This document shows, piece after piece, positions 1-9,351 of a DNA stretch of 64,000 bases; the stretch's first letter is position 1, and the number at the start of each line of letters is the position of its first letter. The stretch lies in IMG/VR virus record IMGVR_UViG_3300042486_001111; one strand, given 5' to 3'. The translations under genes were made by a program, and so were the position numbers. The notes beneath the pieces were generated by a model, which worked only from the letters and a program-made list of their open reading frames with translations, was not told where the DNA came from and did not search any database. The DNA is from a virus. Its lineage: Duplodnaviria > Heunggongvirae > Uroviricota > Caudoviricetes.

Positions 1-230
1 CTTTCATTCCACCACCTGAGTATTTATAATTAAATTGATTTACATACAATAAGTGTTGTATCATTTTTACAACGTCTCCTTTTGAACCATATTTAGCAAC
101 TTTTTCGTTACAAATAATTACACATATAGTGTCTTGATATGTGACAGATCCCATAACACTTTCGACTAAAAATCTTTTACCTAACCTATTAATTTGACTT
201 TCAGTAAGTCTAAATATTCTTTTTTTCATA

Positions 231-503
231 TTAATTTTGTTTGTATTCTTCATAATTTTCACCCATATCATCACTACGCATCCAATCGTTAAATAACGTT
301 GCATATTCTTCGTCAGTCATCCTATCTTTTATTACACCTACCCAACCATCAAACTCTTCAACGGTTTCTGGTGCTATATCCCCTGAACCAAATTTAAATT
401 TCATTAAGTGAAGTACATTATCAATATCAACCATAGATTCGCCTAATAACTTTTTATTTACTCCTTCAATGATTAATCTTTTTTGTTTTGCTAGTCTTCC
501 CAT
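231..503 (-). CDS. hypothetical protein (90 aa)
   Basis: Intact ORF in the minus-strand gene train; no recognisable motif. Confidence 0.45.
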   Translation of the reverse strand: MGRLAKQKRLIIEGVNKKLLGESMVDIDNVLHLMKFKFGSGDIAPETVEEFDGWVGVIKDRMTDEEYATLFNDWMRSDDMGENYEEYKQN

Positions 504-559
504 AATATTTTTATTTATATATAAATATATGATAATTATTAAAATGATACTAAAAAAGT

Positions 560-973
560 TTATTTAATAAATCTCATTCTATAATAATCTCTACCTTGTT
601 TATAAATTTCTTCATGATTTAACAAAACTGAAAGATTAATTAATTTTTCGTATTGATCAGTAGGTACCATCATCAATTTGGTACCGTATTCTAATTTATC
701 TTTTACGATACCATCGTTATTGTAAATATTTTCCCATATACTTATATCACCCTCTCTGTTATCTATAACCCCCTTTGGGTATGTGAACATAAGTGTTGCC
801 TCTAATATTGTTGTATCGTATCCTTCTTCTGAAGCAAACATATCAAAAATAAATGAATCTTTATCCTCAATCAAACCTACAAATGCTAAAACCTCATCGT
901 TGTCAATATCAATTATTGTTAACGAATTATTATGGTGAGATAACACCGTAGTACGATTAGGTATATTAATCAT
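560..973 (-). CDS. hypothetical protein (137 aa)
   Basis: Intact ORF; no motif recognised. Confidence 0.45.
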   Translation of the reverse strand: MINIPNRTTVLSHHNNSLTIIDIDNDEVLAFVGLIEDKDSFIFDMFASEEGYDTTILEATLMFTYPKGVIDNREGDISIWENIYNNDGIVKDKLEYGTKLMMVPTDQYEKLINLSVLLNHEEIYKQGRDYYRMRFIK

Positions 974-982
974 TTTTACATA

Positions 983-1279
983 TTATTTACAAAAAGAACC
1001 CTGTATAGATGCCCACCAAGTATCTGACTCATCAACCTCAGAGTCACCCGTCATACCGTCACTATCCAGTTCTTTTCTTATCTCAACGGCAGAATCTCTC
1101 CACATTTTTAAAGGTTGTTCTATCAACCCCCATGCCTTAGGATTCTCTTTTATACTACCTAAGTATTTTTTTAAAATTTTAATACCCTCCTCATAAGTGT
1201 CGACAGTCATTATATTACAAATACCAAGTTCTTTTCTTTCAATTTCTTCTTTTAATATCTTTCTAATTATGTTTTTCAT
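983..1279 (-). CDS. leader family B protein (N-term MKNIIRKILKEE...)
   Basis: N-terminus matches the 'MKNxIRxILKEE' leader shared by 3138..3398, 15983.., 17156.., 18013.., 24549.., 26428.., 30398... Confidence 0.6.
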   Translation of the reverse strand: MKNIIRKILKEEIERKELGICNIMTVDTYEEGIKILKKYLGSIKENPKAWGLIEQPLKMWRDSAVEIRKELDSDGMTGDSEVDESDTWWASIQGSFCK

Positions 1280-1505
1280 ATATTATAAATATTATTTTTT
1301 ATGTAAAATTTGTATGATTGAATTATTTTTTATACATTTGACTTAAAATAGATAATTATGAATATGATTGTTTTTAGAAATCTTAATAGTACAGATAGAA
1401 TGGTGACTAAATTTTTAGTATTACCTACTAAGATTGGTGGTGTTTGGAAATGGTTACAGGTTGTAACCTTTAGAGAAGATTTTGTTAATAATAAATGGAT
1501 AATAA

Positions 1506-1796
1506 TTGAGTAATATGAAATTAAGTGATTTATGTGAAATTAAAACTAATTTTCCTGAAGCGGATTTTTGGTTGGTTAGAAAGGGTAGTGAAGATAGTGT
1601 AGGTTATCCTGTGAAAGATTTTAATCCAGAACATATTGGTATTAAAGTGACTGCGACTGATATACTTCTACCAGAATACCTTTACTACGTTATGTTGAAC
1701 CTATTTAATCAAGGAGTGTTTAAAAACAACTCTTATGGTACATTGAATTTAAAGAACATACGGGTTGAGGATGTTAGGGGAATTCGTCTAAGATAA
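1506..1796 (+). CDS. hypothetical protein (96 aa), plus-strand island
   Basis: Plus-strand ORF after a 225-bp intergenic region and followed by a hairpin terminator. Confidence 0.4.
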   Translation: MSNMKLSDLCEIKTNFPEADFWLVRKGSEDSVGYPVKDFNPEHIGIKVTATDILLPEYLYYVMLNLFNQGVFKNNSYGTLNLKNIRVEDVRGIRLR

Positions 1797-1834
1797 AAAA
1801 ACCCACTATGGTAGCGAACCTAGTGGGTTTAAAA
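1794..1834. terminator. bidirectional intrinsic terminator (A-run, cccacta/tagtggg hairpin, T-run)
   Basis: The motif aaaaaacccactatggtagcgaacctagtgggttt is seen directly. Confidence 0.55.
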
Positions 1835-1939
1835 TTGTCCGTAGACAATAACGGTCCTAATCCGTTTCTCTTTAAATTTTATTATAAATATTTTGTTTTT
1901 ATAAAATTTTTTATTAAATTTGTTTAAAATTATAAAGTT

Positions 1940-2413
1940 ATGAAAAAGTTAGTTTTTATTTTAGTAGTCTTAGTTACTAATAGTTTATATTCTCAGATTA
2001 ATTTTGATACACTATTTGTAATCAATGTTGAATCATCGGTAGATAGTAGGAGTAATCTATATCTTCTGAAAATCGATAATGGTTTAGAATACACCTCAAA
2101 CGTTAAACATAATGTTGGTGATATCTTTGGTTATTATGATCCTATTGCCAACAATTTTATCCCTAAATGGGTATATGAAAATAGTTTATTTGGTAGACTT
2201 TATTTTTCTGAACATCTGTGGACATATGATAGTAAACCTGTTATTGTTGTGTCTATAAACACTAAAACCAATAGTGAATATAAATACGAAATAGTAACAG
2301 ATACTAATATTACTTATTACTGTAACTACCCACCAAATGTAGGGGATGTAGTATTCCACACCAATAATTCAGGAGAACTAATTAACGTTGTTAAACCGTT
2401 TAAACTAAGGTAA
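1940..2413 (+). CDS. secreted/exported protein with N-terminal signal peptide (MKKLVFILVVLVTNSLYSQ)
   Basis: Hydrophobic signal-like N-terminus; convergent with the next minus-strand gene at zero spacing. Confidence 0.5.
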   Translation: MKKLVFILVVLVTNSLYSQINFDTLFVINVESSVDSRSNLYLLKIDNGLEYTSNVKHNVGDIFGYYDPIANNFIPKWVYENSLFGRLYFSEHLWTYDSKPVIVVSINTKTNSEYKYEIVTDTNITYYCNYPPNVGDVVFHTNNSGELINVVKPFKLR

Positions 2414-3127
2414 CTATTTGTTAGTACTTAGTATATCATTTATTGGTTTATCGAATCCAATACCAATACCGTTATTTGATATTAATACACCACCATTACA
2501 AATTTTGTTAGATTTAGTAACTGGTCCTCCTTCTAAGAAAAATATATCTGTCGCTAAAACATCATCACCTAATTTGTCATACTTGGCGTTAACACCCACA
2601 CATCCTGCGTCACCACTATTACTCGAAACATTTAACCTTTTCCAAGACATTATATTTGGGTTACTTAATGGTTTTAACCATAATAAAATTTTACCGTTAG
2701 TCATTAAATCTCTCAGAGATTTATCTGGAAATTTTTTAATAGTCCCAGCCTGATCAAAAGTAGTCAACTCTTCTGTAGTTAAACTACTCTCAACATCGTC
2801 AATATAATCAACAGAATTAATTTCCTTTAAGTAGGTGATAGGTTGTCTAAAATCAATTGTAGCACCCTCCCAAGCACTTGACTTATCATCAAATGTTAAA
2901 ATATTACCAACACTATCATAAATTTCAAATTGTTTTTGTGGGTTAAACCCAAACTTTACTTTAATATCGCTAACATAATTAGGTAACTCACTATTTAGGG
3001 CGGATACCAATTCACCGTTTATTTTTCTAAGTAATGTAGTTATATCGACAACAGATTCGTTTTCACTTATAACTCTTTTAACTATTCTGTTAAGATCACT
3101 TTCAGTTAATCTAATAATTTTTTTCAT
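2414..3127 (-). CDS. leader family A protein (MKKIIRLTESDLNRIVKRVISE...)
   Basis: Start moved to the internal Met that begins the conserved family A leader. Confidence 0.6.
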   Translation of the reverse strand: MKKIIRLTESDLNRIVKRVISENESVVDITTLLRKINGELVSALNSELPNYVSDIKVKFGFNPQKQFEIYDSVGNILTFDDKSSAWEGATIDFRQPITYLKEINSVDYIDDVESSLTTEELTTFDQAGTIKKFPDKSLRDLMTNGKILLWLKPLSNPNIMSWKRLNVSSNSGDAGCVGVNAKYDKLGDDVLATDIFFLEGGPVTKSNKICNGGVLISNNGIGIGFDKPINDILSTNK

Positions 3128-3137
3128 AATTTTTATT

Positions 3138-3398
3138 TTAACAACCGTCAAATTTAACTCTATTTTTAACTCTAAGAACTTCTCCTGGACTTATGCTATC
3201 ATTTCTCTTACCATTTAAAGCCTTAATATCGTCTAAAGTGATTCCGAAAGCCAATGCAATTTTTAACATTTGATCCCCACTGTTAACTTTATAACAACCA
3301 GTTTTATTCCCTCTTTTTATTTCTTCTGCGTTTGGGTGTTTTTCACCAGATGTCTCTTCGACTTCTTCTTTTAATATTCTTCTAATTAAATTTTTCAT
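3138..3398 (-). CDS. leader family B protein with C-terminal LysM domain
   Basis: N-term MKNLIRRILKEEVEE; C-term CYKVNSGDQMLKIALAFGITLDDIKALNG...PGEVLRV matches the LysM consensus. Confidence 0.65.
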   Translation of the reverse strand: MKNLIRRILKEEVEETSGEKHPNAEEIKRGNKTGCYKVNSGDQMLKIALAFGITLDDIKALNGKRNDSISPGEVLRVKNRVKFDGC

Positions 3399-3401
3399 AT
3401 C

Positions 3402-4262
3402 TTATCTTCTTCTTCTTACTTTAAATGGATTTCCACCTGACTTACTTTGGTACCTATCAAAAATTCTTCTAGACGTTTCTTCGTCACTAGTATTTAAATC
3501 CCATTTATTTTTCCCATCTCTTCCATATTTACTTTTTCTGAATGAATCAAAATCTTCAAACTCATCCTCATCAAAGTCATCATAATCTAATTTACCTGAT
3601 CTATTATTTCTATCCACTTTATATTCATCATCGAATGTACCGTAGTATTCATCGTCATCGTTTACATCCTTATCACTAACTCTGTAATATTTATTCACTC
3701 TTTCTTTTTCTTCAGGTGATAAGTTACCAAAATTTAAATCACCTAAAACTGGATGTCCATCGTCCATACCACCTAATTCACTTAACATAGTTTCATTAGT
3801 TCTTTTTCTATGTACATTAGATATCAATGTATTACCAATTACTCCACCACCTAATGCAGTACCTAAAGCCATTTGTAATACGTCTTCCGCAGAAATACCA
3901 CCTGCCATTGCAATACCACTAACTAAACCAACTAAACTAGTTAAACCTACTGTTGACATTTTTCTCTTCCAATACTCACCTTTACTTATTTTTTTTGGTT
4001 GCGCATCAGTATAATCGGAATATTCATAATCTTCATTCATTGAGTCTAAGTTATCTGATAATTCAGATGCAATTTCTGGATTATTCTGAAATATTGTTAC
4101 TAATTTTTGGAAATCTGGATTATTTTCTATTGACATTCCACTAAAGTCAGTTTCATTGCCTAGTTCTTCAGATGATGATACCCATTCCTCTTCACTTTCT
4201 CTTATTACTCTTTTTACAATTCTATGTAAGTCTGATTCTTTTAATTTTACAATTTTTTTCAT
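3402..4262 (-). CDS. leader family A protein with central Gly-rich hydrophobic segment and acidic C-terminus
   Basis: N-term MKKIVKLKESDLHRIVKRVIRE; glycine-zipper-like stretch GLVSGIAMAGGI...ALGGGVIG. Confidence 0.6.
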   Translation of the reverse strand: MKKIVKLKESDLHRIVKRVIRESEEEWVSSSEELGNETDFSGMSIENNPDFQKLVTIFQNNPEIASELSDNLDSMNEDYEYSDYTDAQPKKISKGEYWKRKMSTVGLTSLVGLVSGIAMAGGISAEDVLQMALGTALGGGVIGNTLISNVHRKRTNETMLSELGGMDDGHPVLGDLNFGNLSPEEKERVNKYYRVSDKDVNDDDEYYGTFDDEYKVDRNNRSGKLDYDDFDEDEFEDFDSFRKSKYGRDGKNKWDLNTSDEETSRRIFDRYQSKSGGNPFKVRRRR

Positions 4263-4315
4263 ATCAATTATTTTATTTATAAATATATTATGACTCTAAA
4301 AAGTTTTATCTTTTA

Positions 4316-5005
4316 TTATTGATCATACTTTAATTTTATCTCATCTAATAAAATATCCTTTAATTTTAGAATATATTTTCGGAAAACTATTTCTGACTCA
4401 TTCCAGTCTAAACCATAATTATCGTAAAAATAGTTGAATTCTTTATCATTAATTTCTGCAGAAGTCCAATCCTCTATCTCGTAATCAGGATATTTTCCAC
4501 TACCGTCATACATTGGGAATTCTATAATTACATTAATTTCTCTATAATTGGGGCTAAACCCTAATGTGGTACGTTTGATATCGTATTTAGTATCCTTTAA
4601 TAGAAAATCAACTACTTTATCTAAATATATATCTATTTTTTTATCACTACTTTCAGTTATATCCGTTTTTTCTGTTGTATCCACAAAACCGTTTGCATCT
4701 TCGTACCCTAATTTATGTCCCCTATCATTAAGTATCATCTCAACCCAGTCACCATCCCATCCTTCATAATATACCATTACACTTCCTACATTAGGGAAAA
4801 TTTTTCTAACAGTAAAGAAAAAGTATTGGTTTGGTGTAACTATTCCATCTGCGTAGTCAGTCTCAATTTCTGTAGTAGTAACATCACCATATATTTTTTT
4901 AAATATTGCGTCCCAATACTTCTGAGGTACCGCCAAACTCAATAAATCAGAAACATATGGTTTCTTTATTACCTTAGATATTTTATCTATTAATGATTTA
5001 TCCAC
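4316..5005 (-). CDS. hypothetical protein carrying the 'KKPYVSDLLSL..P..W' module
   Basis: Has one copy of the PPY-x-x-DL-x-SLG-x-P-x-x-EW module also present in 12172.., 26428.. and 41044... Confidence 0.5.
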   Translation of the reverse strand: MDKSLIDKISKVIKKPYVSDLLSLAVPQKYWDAIFKKIYGDVTTTEIETDYADGIVTPNQYFFFTVRKIFPNVGSVMVYYEGWDGDWVEMILNDRGHKLGYEDANGFVDTTEKTDITESSDKKIDIYLDKVVDFLLKDTKYDIKRTTLGFSPNYREINVIIEFPMYDGSGKYPDYEIEDWTSAEINDKEFNYFYDNYGLDWNESEIVFRKYILKLKDILLDEIKLKYDQ

Positions 5006-5014
5006 CGATTAAAA

Positions 5015-5548
5015 TTATTTACATATTGGAGCAACCTCAACTCCTAATTTTTGGAATATCTCTGATAACAATGAGTTTATTTTACCTTGTCCATATTCAC
5101 CCCTCATTAAGTCTTCAATAGAGTCAATAATTTCTTTAGAAACTACTGCACCACCCATTTTTTTAACAATAGGTGAAGCAATACTAATAATAGCCTTACC
5201 TAAACCACCATCAAATTTTCCGTATAAATCCTCCAACACTGCTGCAGGTGTAGATTTTGAATCTGCTGCCAATCTTTCTAAAAAATCTTTAATTTTTTTA
5301 GATGCGTCTTCACCAGCCGCCTTAGGGTTTTTACAGAACTCTTCTTCATTTTCTAAATTACTACTAAGTTGTTGTATTATACCTTCTAAACCAGCCCTAT
5401 ATTTTGTAACTAATTTAATTATACCTATGTTAACATCTTCTTCTTCCGTTAAATAAAATTTAGGAGTTTTAAAATCCTCTCTTTCACCCTCAACAATGAG
5501 AGATCTTTTTTTCATTAATTCATTTTTTTCGTTAATTCTTTTTTTCAT
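5015..5548 (-). CDS. hypothetical protein (177 aa)
   Basis: Intact ORF. Confidence 0.45.
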   Translation of the reverse strand: MKKRINEKNELMKKRSLIVEGEREDFKTPKFYLTEEEDVNIGIIKLVTKYRAGLEGIIQQLSSNLENEEEFCKNPKAAGEDASKKIKDFLERLAADSKSTPAAVLEDLYGKFDGGLGKAIISIASPIVKKMGGAVVSKEIIDSIEDLMRGEYGQGKINSLLSEIFQKLGVEVAPICK

Positions 5549-5571
5549 TTTATTACTATTAAATTTTCTTA

Positions 5572-6093
5572 TTATTCTGTAGGATAATCTATATACAATT
5601 CAACAATATCGTATGTTCTAATATTATTGAATAAATTGGATTCTTCTGTTAGTATCATATCTATGATCATTTCTTTTATTTCACCCTCTATTTCCCAACC
5701 AACATCACTATCCATAATTAGTTCATCAGTTATATTAATAGGTTTGGTTTCACCATCTTCTGTTAAATCTACAGTACCACCTTGTTCAATTTTAACATAT
5801 ATTCTAATCATTTCACCAAATGTACTATGTTCTAATGAAACAGATGCTTTAGTATATTGAACGAAATCTATTTCAGTTACTTTAAATAAAAATTCATATG
5901 ACCCTGAATATTGGTACGATGTAGTATCAAATAATTCACCCTCTAATTTTTTTAAACTATTAACCTCAAAACCTACGACACCGTTTAAGTATTCATCCTC
6001 AGATAAACCATATACATCTACAAAATCACTTCTATTTTCTAAAGCCCAAGATGGATTAGATAATTTACTCAGTATTTTTTTTATGTAGTTCAC
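5572..6093 (-). CDS. hypothetical protein (173 aa)
   Basis: Intact ORF. Confidence 0.45.
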   Translation of the reverse strand: MNYIKKILSKLSNPSWALENRSDFVDVYGLSEDEYLNGVVGFEVNSLKKLEGELFDTTSYQYSGSYEFLFKVTEIDFVQYTKASVSLEHSTFGEMIRIYVKIEQGGTVDLTEDGETKPINITDELIMDSDVGWEIEGEIKEMIIDMILTEESNLFNNIRTYDIVELYIDYPTE

Positions 6094-6132
6094 TTATAAT
6101 ATAATTTATATTAATAAATATAAGGAAGGTAT

Positions 6133-6166
6133 AAAAAAACCCCTTAAAGAGAGGTAAGGGTTATAG
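6133..6166 (-). terminator. intrinsic terminator (minus strand: cccttacc..aagggg + T7)
   Basis: Hairpin plus T-run immediately downstream of the gene 6180..6794. Confidence 0.55.
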
Positions 6167-6179
6167 GGTTATTTAACTA

Positions 6180-6794
6180 TCAAAAAGATAGTTCAATAGT
6201 TTTTAAATCGTATGTTGGGTTAATCAATGTAAAATTATTGGATCTAACTGTGGTTGACAAAACAATTCGTTTATGTCGATCGGTTTCTTCTTTATTAGTA
6301 TATAAATCATATACAAACACATCATAAATTTTGTTATAGTTAGGTAACAGTAAAAGATTAATATCAACAGGTTTACAAACCCTATCCTTAAAAATTAATT
6401 TAATTGATTTTTCCTTTATTACTTTATTCATATCGTTAACAAATAAATCCCAAACATATCTAAATTCATCATTACTCACACTCATTTCATCAACAAAATA
6501 TGTGTATACTTTAGAAATTACTTCTTTTACATACTCACTAAATTTTACTTTATTACTTTTATGTGGGTATGGGAATGACTTACTCCTATCTTCTGTTAAA
6601 TCGTGTCTATAAACCGTTTCACTTAAGGTTATAAGATTCATAACTGAACCCCATTCCACTAAATCTAAATTACTAAAGAATATGACATATATTTGTCCAT
6701 CATCACTACAACGATAATTATTTGGGGTACAATCAACCTCAACGTTAAAATTATGAAACTTATAAATTTTCTCTACAAACTTTCTATTAACCAT
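6180..6794 (-). CDS. hypothetical protein (204 aa)
   Basis: Intact ORF. Confidence 0.45.
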   Translation of the reverse strand: MVNRKFVEKIYKFHNFNVEVDCTPNNYRCSDDGQIYVIFFSNLDLVEWGSVMNLITLSETVYRHDLTEDRSKSFPYPHKSNKVKFSEYVKEVISKVYTYFVDEMSVSNDEFRYVWDLFVNDMNKVIKEKSIKLIFKDRVCKPVDINLLLLPNYNKIYDVFVYDLYTNKEETDRHKRIVLSTTVRSNNFTLINPTYDLKTIELSF

Positions 6795-6834
6795 ATAACA
6801 AATATAGTAAAAATTTGTTATATCGTCAAATGAA

Positions 6835-7488
6835 TTATTCGTAAAATGTTACGAAGTATTCTATAATACCTCCAGAAGAGTATCTCACAGGCATCACTTT
6901 CTTATCGTAACCAGGCATATTCTCATATTTTCCGATAACCTCTTCCTTACCAGCCTCACCACCATTCCATCTTCCTCTTCTTTCTAGTTTATAACTTTTA
7001 TCAGATGATTCTAAAGGAACACCAATAGTGAATTCGTTACCCGACTTTTCATAATCTATATTATTTATGTCTGGTTTTAATTTCTTTCCTTTAAGGTACT
7101 TGTTTATTTCATATGTTAAAACATTACATAACTGATGTATTGAATCACCAGTACCACCACCATTTTCACACTTACCGTGTTTTATTAAATACCCTGTGGT
7201 TGGTCCATCGTATGATACTGAAAAATAACTATCACTCTTAGATATAACAATTTTAGGTCTACCATTGGTTCCATTGAAATAAGATTCTCCACCACAATCT
7301 GCCCAACAGTTACAACTAGTACAACAACTTGGTTTAGCGGATTCAGATTCCTCACCTTCAACTGGTTCTTCTGTATCACCTTCATATGTTTCGATATCGT
7401 CAACTAAATTACCGAACATTCTCTCTTCAGTAAAAAGAGATTTCATCCTTTCGATAGTTTCGTTTAAATTTTTATTAATTCTTCCCAT
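6835..7488 (-). CDS. Cys-rich protein with family C-like N-terminus (..NLNETIERMKSLFTEE)
   Basis: N-terminal resemblance to family C; cluster CCTSCNCWADCGG. Confidence 0.5.
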   Translation of the reverse strand: MGRINKNLNETIERMKSLFTEERMFGNLVDDIETYEGDTEEPVEGEESESAKPSCCTSCNCWADCGGESYFNGTNGRPKIVISKSDSYFSVSYDGPTTGYLIKHGKCENGGGTGDSIHQLCNVLTYEINKYLKGKKLKPDINNIDYEKSGNEFTIGVPLESSDKSYKLERRGRWNGGEAGKEEVIGKYENMPGYDKKVMPVRYSSGGIIEYFVTFYE

Positions 7489-7577
7489 TTTTAGTTTTTA
7501 TATAAATATATTAGATTTAACAAAAATATCCCATCAAGAGGGGTTGGGGTGATTGAACAGTTCGGACGTACAAAGGT

Positions 7578-8180
7578 TTAACGGTAAACAGGATCCTTAA
7601 CACCAAATTCATATTTAAGAATAGAATCAATTTCATTTAGATAGTCACCCCATAAGTATTCAGATTCCTTTCTGGTTAAACCATAAGTGTTCTTACAATA
7701 ATCAATAAAAAATCCTGGATTAAAATGTCTGATTCTATTATACCGAAAATCTGAAAATGGTACCGATATCATAACGTCACCATAAGACGAATCATCCATT
7801 ATAGAAGTATCCGCCACCAAATACCTAAGAACCTTATCCATATAGTTAGAAACTTTCTCACCAAATATATCGTGATAGATATTCTCATTTATCGTATTAT
7901 CATATAATTTATTAGATATAATATTTTCGTAAGAACTGTATAAGTAATCAATCTCTTTATTATCTTTTATACCATAGGTATATTCTACATAAGATTTAAA
8001 AGATGGCATCCTACTACCTACCGCATTATTACCAAACCAACGTTTTGTAAGATAACCATCCATAACAGGAAAAGGTGTGATTACTATATCATCACCCTCA
8101 CCTTTATCGTATGTAATGGTACTATCCTTAACCAAACGACTAACGATTTTATTTAATAATATATACCTACCTTCGTCCAT
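7578..8180 (-). CDS. single-module member of the DKVVDFLVKDT / YGLT..E..YVW repeat family
   Basis: Contains NKIVSRLVKDSTITYD...PFP... and YGLTRKESEYLWGDY, matching the repeat unit of 9352..11235. Confidence 0.55.
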   Translation of the reverse strand: MDEGRYILLNKIVSRLVKDSTITYDKGEGDDIVITPFPVMDGYLTKRWFGNNAVGSRMPSFKSYVEYTYGIKDNKEIDYLYSSYENIISNKLYDNTINENIYHDIFGEKVSNYMDKVLRYLVADTSIMDDSSYGDVMISVPFSDFRYNRIRHFNPGFFIDYCKNTYGLTRKESEYLWGDYLNEIDSILKYEFGVKDPVYR

Positions 8181-8186
8181 ATAGAA

Positions 8187-8672
8187 TTACATCGATTTAG
8201 CCAACTTATCACTCACATCCAAAAAGAAGTGTGTTAATCCATCTTCCAAATCCTCATTTAAATTTACATAGTCATTACCATCATGTAAATCGAAATGCAT
8301 AAAGTTATAATCTGCGTCAGTATATATCTCAGCGTAATAATCTATTTCATCATCACCGTTCATAAAATTAAATATACCTATGTGTTTATATTCCTTAGGA
8401 TTGTCATCCCACTCCTCTGTGGACTCATAGGTGAACTTAACAGGTACTTCATCCACCTCACCAGAGAACTCGTAACCTGAGTCCATACTAAGTAAATTTT
8501 CGATATGTGGATCAACCTTACCCTTAGACATATTGTTTAAGAACATTCTTTCGTTGTCCGTTAACGAATCCATACCGTAATCATTAATCTTATCGAGAAT
8601 CTTATTTAGTAGTTCCTCATTCTCATTAATGAATAAATGTTTAACCTGATTTTCTGTTACAATTATTTTCAT
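8187..8672 (-). CDS. leader family D-like protein (MKIIVTENQVKHLF...)
   Basis: N-terminus resembles the MKIKLTETQYNRLL leaders. Confidence 0.5.
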   Translation of the reverse strand: MKIIVTENQVKHLFINENEELLNKILDKINDYGMDSLTDNERMFLNNMSKGKVDPHIENLLSMDSGYEFSGEVDEVPVKFTYESTEEWDDNPKEYKHIGIFNFMNGDDEIDYYAEIYTDADYNFMHFDLHDGNDYVNLNEDLEDGLTHFFLDVSDKLAKSM

Positions 8673-8684
8673 ATAATAATTTTA

Positions 8685-9167
8685 TTATTGTCTATTCATA
8701 TATTCCCCACTATAATATTTTTTGTATGCGTGTGGATTTCTTCTAATATGAACTTTACCTGTCTCAGGATTTCTTAATTTATCAAAATCTCTTCTAGTTC
8801 TTAACGGTTTAAAATTATCATTAGGTATTTCACTTCTTTTTAATTCTGTGAAATCATCAAACTCATAATCTTCCCATTCTCCAGAATACTTTGGGTCATT
8901 GTGAAATGACCAATGTCCTCGATTTGTCATATACCTACCATATGGGTTTGAACTTAACGGATCATACCAAGAGTATGTACTATCCCATCCTTCAGGATCC
9001 CATCTATCTCTGACAGGTTTGGGTTCGTACTTAAAATCTGGAAAAGGTAGATCTTTTTCAAGCCAAGGTCTATTCTGATTTTTTTGAGTAAAGTCATCAG
9101 ATTCGTTAATAACTCTTCTAACGATTCTTTGTAAATCTGATTCAGTTATTCTTACAATTTTTTTCAT
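8685..9167 (-). CDS. leader family A protein (MKKIVRITESDLQRIVRRVINE...)
   Basis: Start set at the internal Met (ATG at 9165-9167) that begins the conserved leader. The longer ORF (to 9281) would run through the terminator at 9200-9226. Confidence 0.6.
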   Translation of the reverse strand: MKKIVRITESDLQRIVRRVINESDDFTQKNQNRPWLEKDLPFPDFKYEPKPVRDRWDPEGWDSTYSWYDPLSSNPYGRYMTNRGHWSFHNDPKYSGEWEDYEFDDFTELKRSEIPNDNFKPLRTRRDFDKLRNPETGKVHIRRNPHAYKKYYSGEYMNRQ

Positions 9168-9199
9168 AATTATATTTTTATTTATAAATATTACGAAAA

Positions 9200-9226
9200 A
9201 TAAAAAAACCCACTCCGTAAGTGGGT
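9200..9226 (-). terminator. intrinsic terminator (cccact/agtggg hairpin + T7 on minus strand)
   Basis: aaaaaaacccactccgtaagtggg; the A-run becomes a T-run on the transcribed strand. Confidence 0.55.
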
Positions 9227-9351
9227 TGCCCATCTTTAGGTAATGGGAGTGTAAGAACAAGTCTCTAACCAAGTCCATCACAATTTTTGCACGGACACAA
9301 ATTCCATATTAGAGGGGCTGGGGTGATGGGACAGTTCGGTCGTACAACCGA

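Noticed and set aside
2418-2753. Plus-strand ORFs antisense to long minus-strand genes (2418..2753, 3953..4144, 4548..4769, 4715..4945, 5627..5860, 8295..8480, 10162..10590, 16501..16716, 25123..25350, 26871..27089, 27369..27578, 30483..30815, 31674..31916, 37043..37363, 37171..37371, 48109..48330, 48953..49270, 52726..52911, 59608..59927, 61309..61776 etc.)
   Set aside because: They lie fully inside better-supported, longer minus-strand CDSs. They have low-complexity or hydrophobic composition typical of antisense frames in AT-rich DNA and no conserved motifs.
7185-7403. Nested minus-strand ORFs in alternative frames (7185..7403, 18980..19225, 24746..24940, 28453..28686, 45840..46037, 47844..48026, 41255..41500, 41952..42134, 42741..42935, 44902..45102, 45691..45900, 46538..46813, 58376..58718)
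   Set aside because: They are contained within, or overlap heavily, longer ORFs that carry recognisable motifs or conserved leaders.
8685-9281. Long N-terminal extensions of several ORFs before the conserved leader Met (8685..9281, 2414..3151, 16828..17175, 17156..17608, 26819..27565, 55138..55581, 56132..56797, 58259..58771, 61263..62021)
   Set aside because: The conserved leader, or a known protein start (CCA enzyme MKIYxVGG), begins at an internal Met. The extensions would overlap upstream terminators or genes. Shorter starts were chosen.
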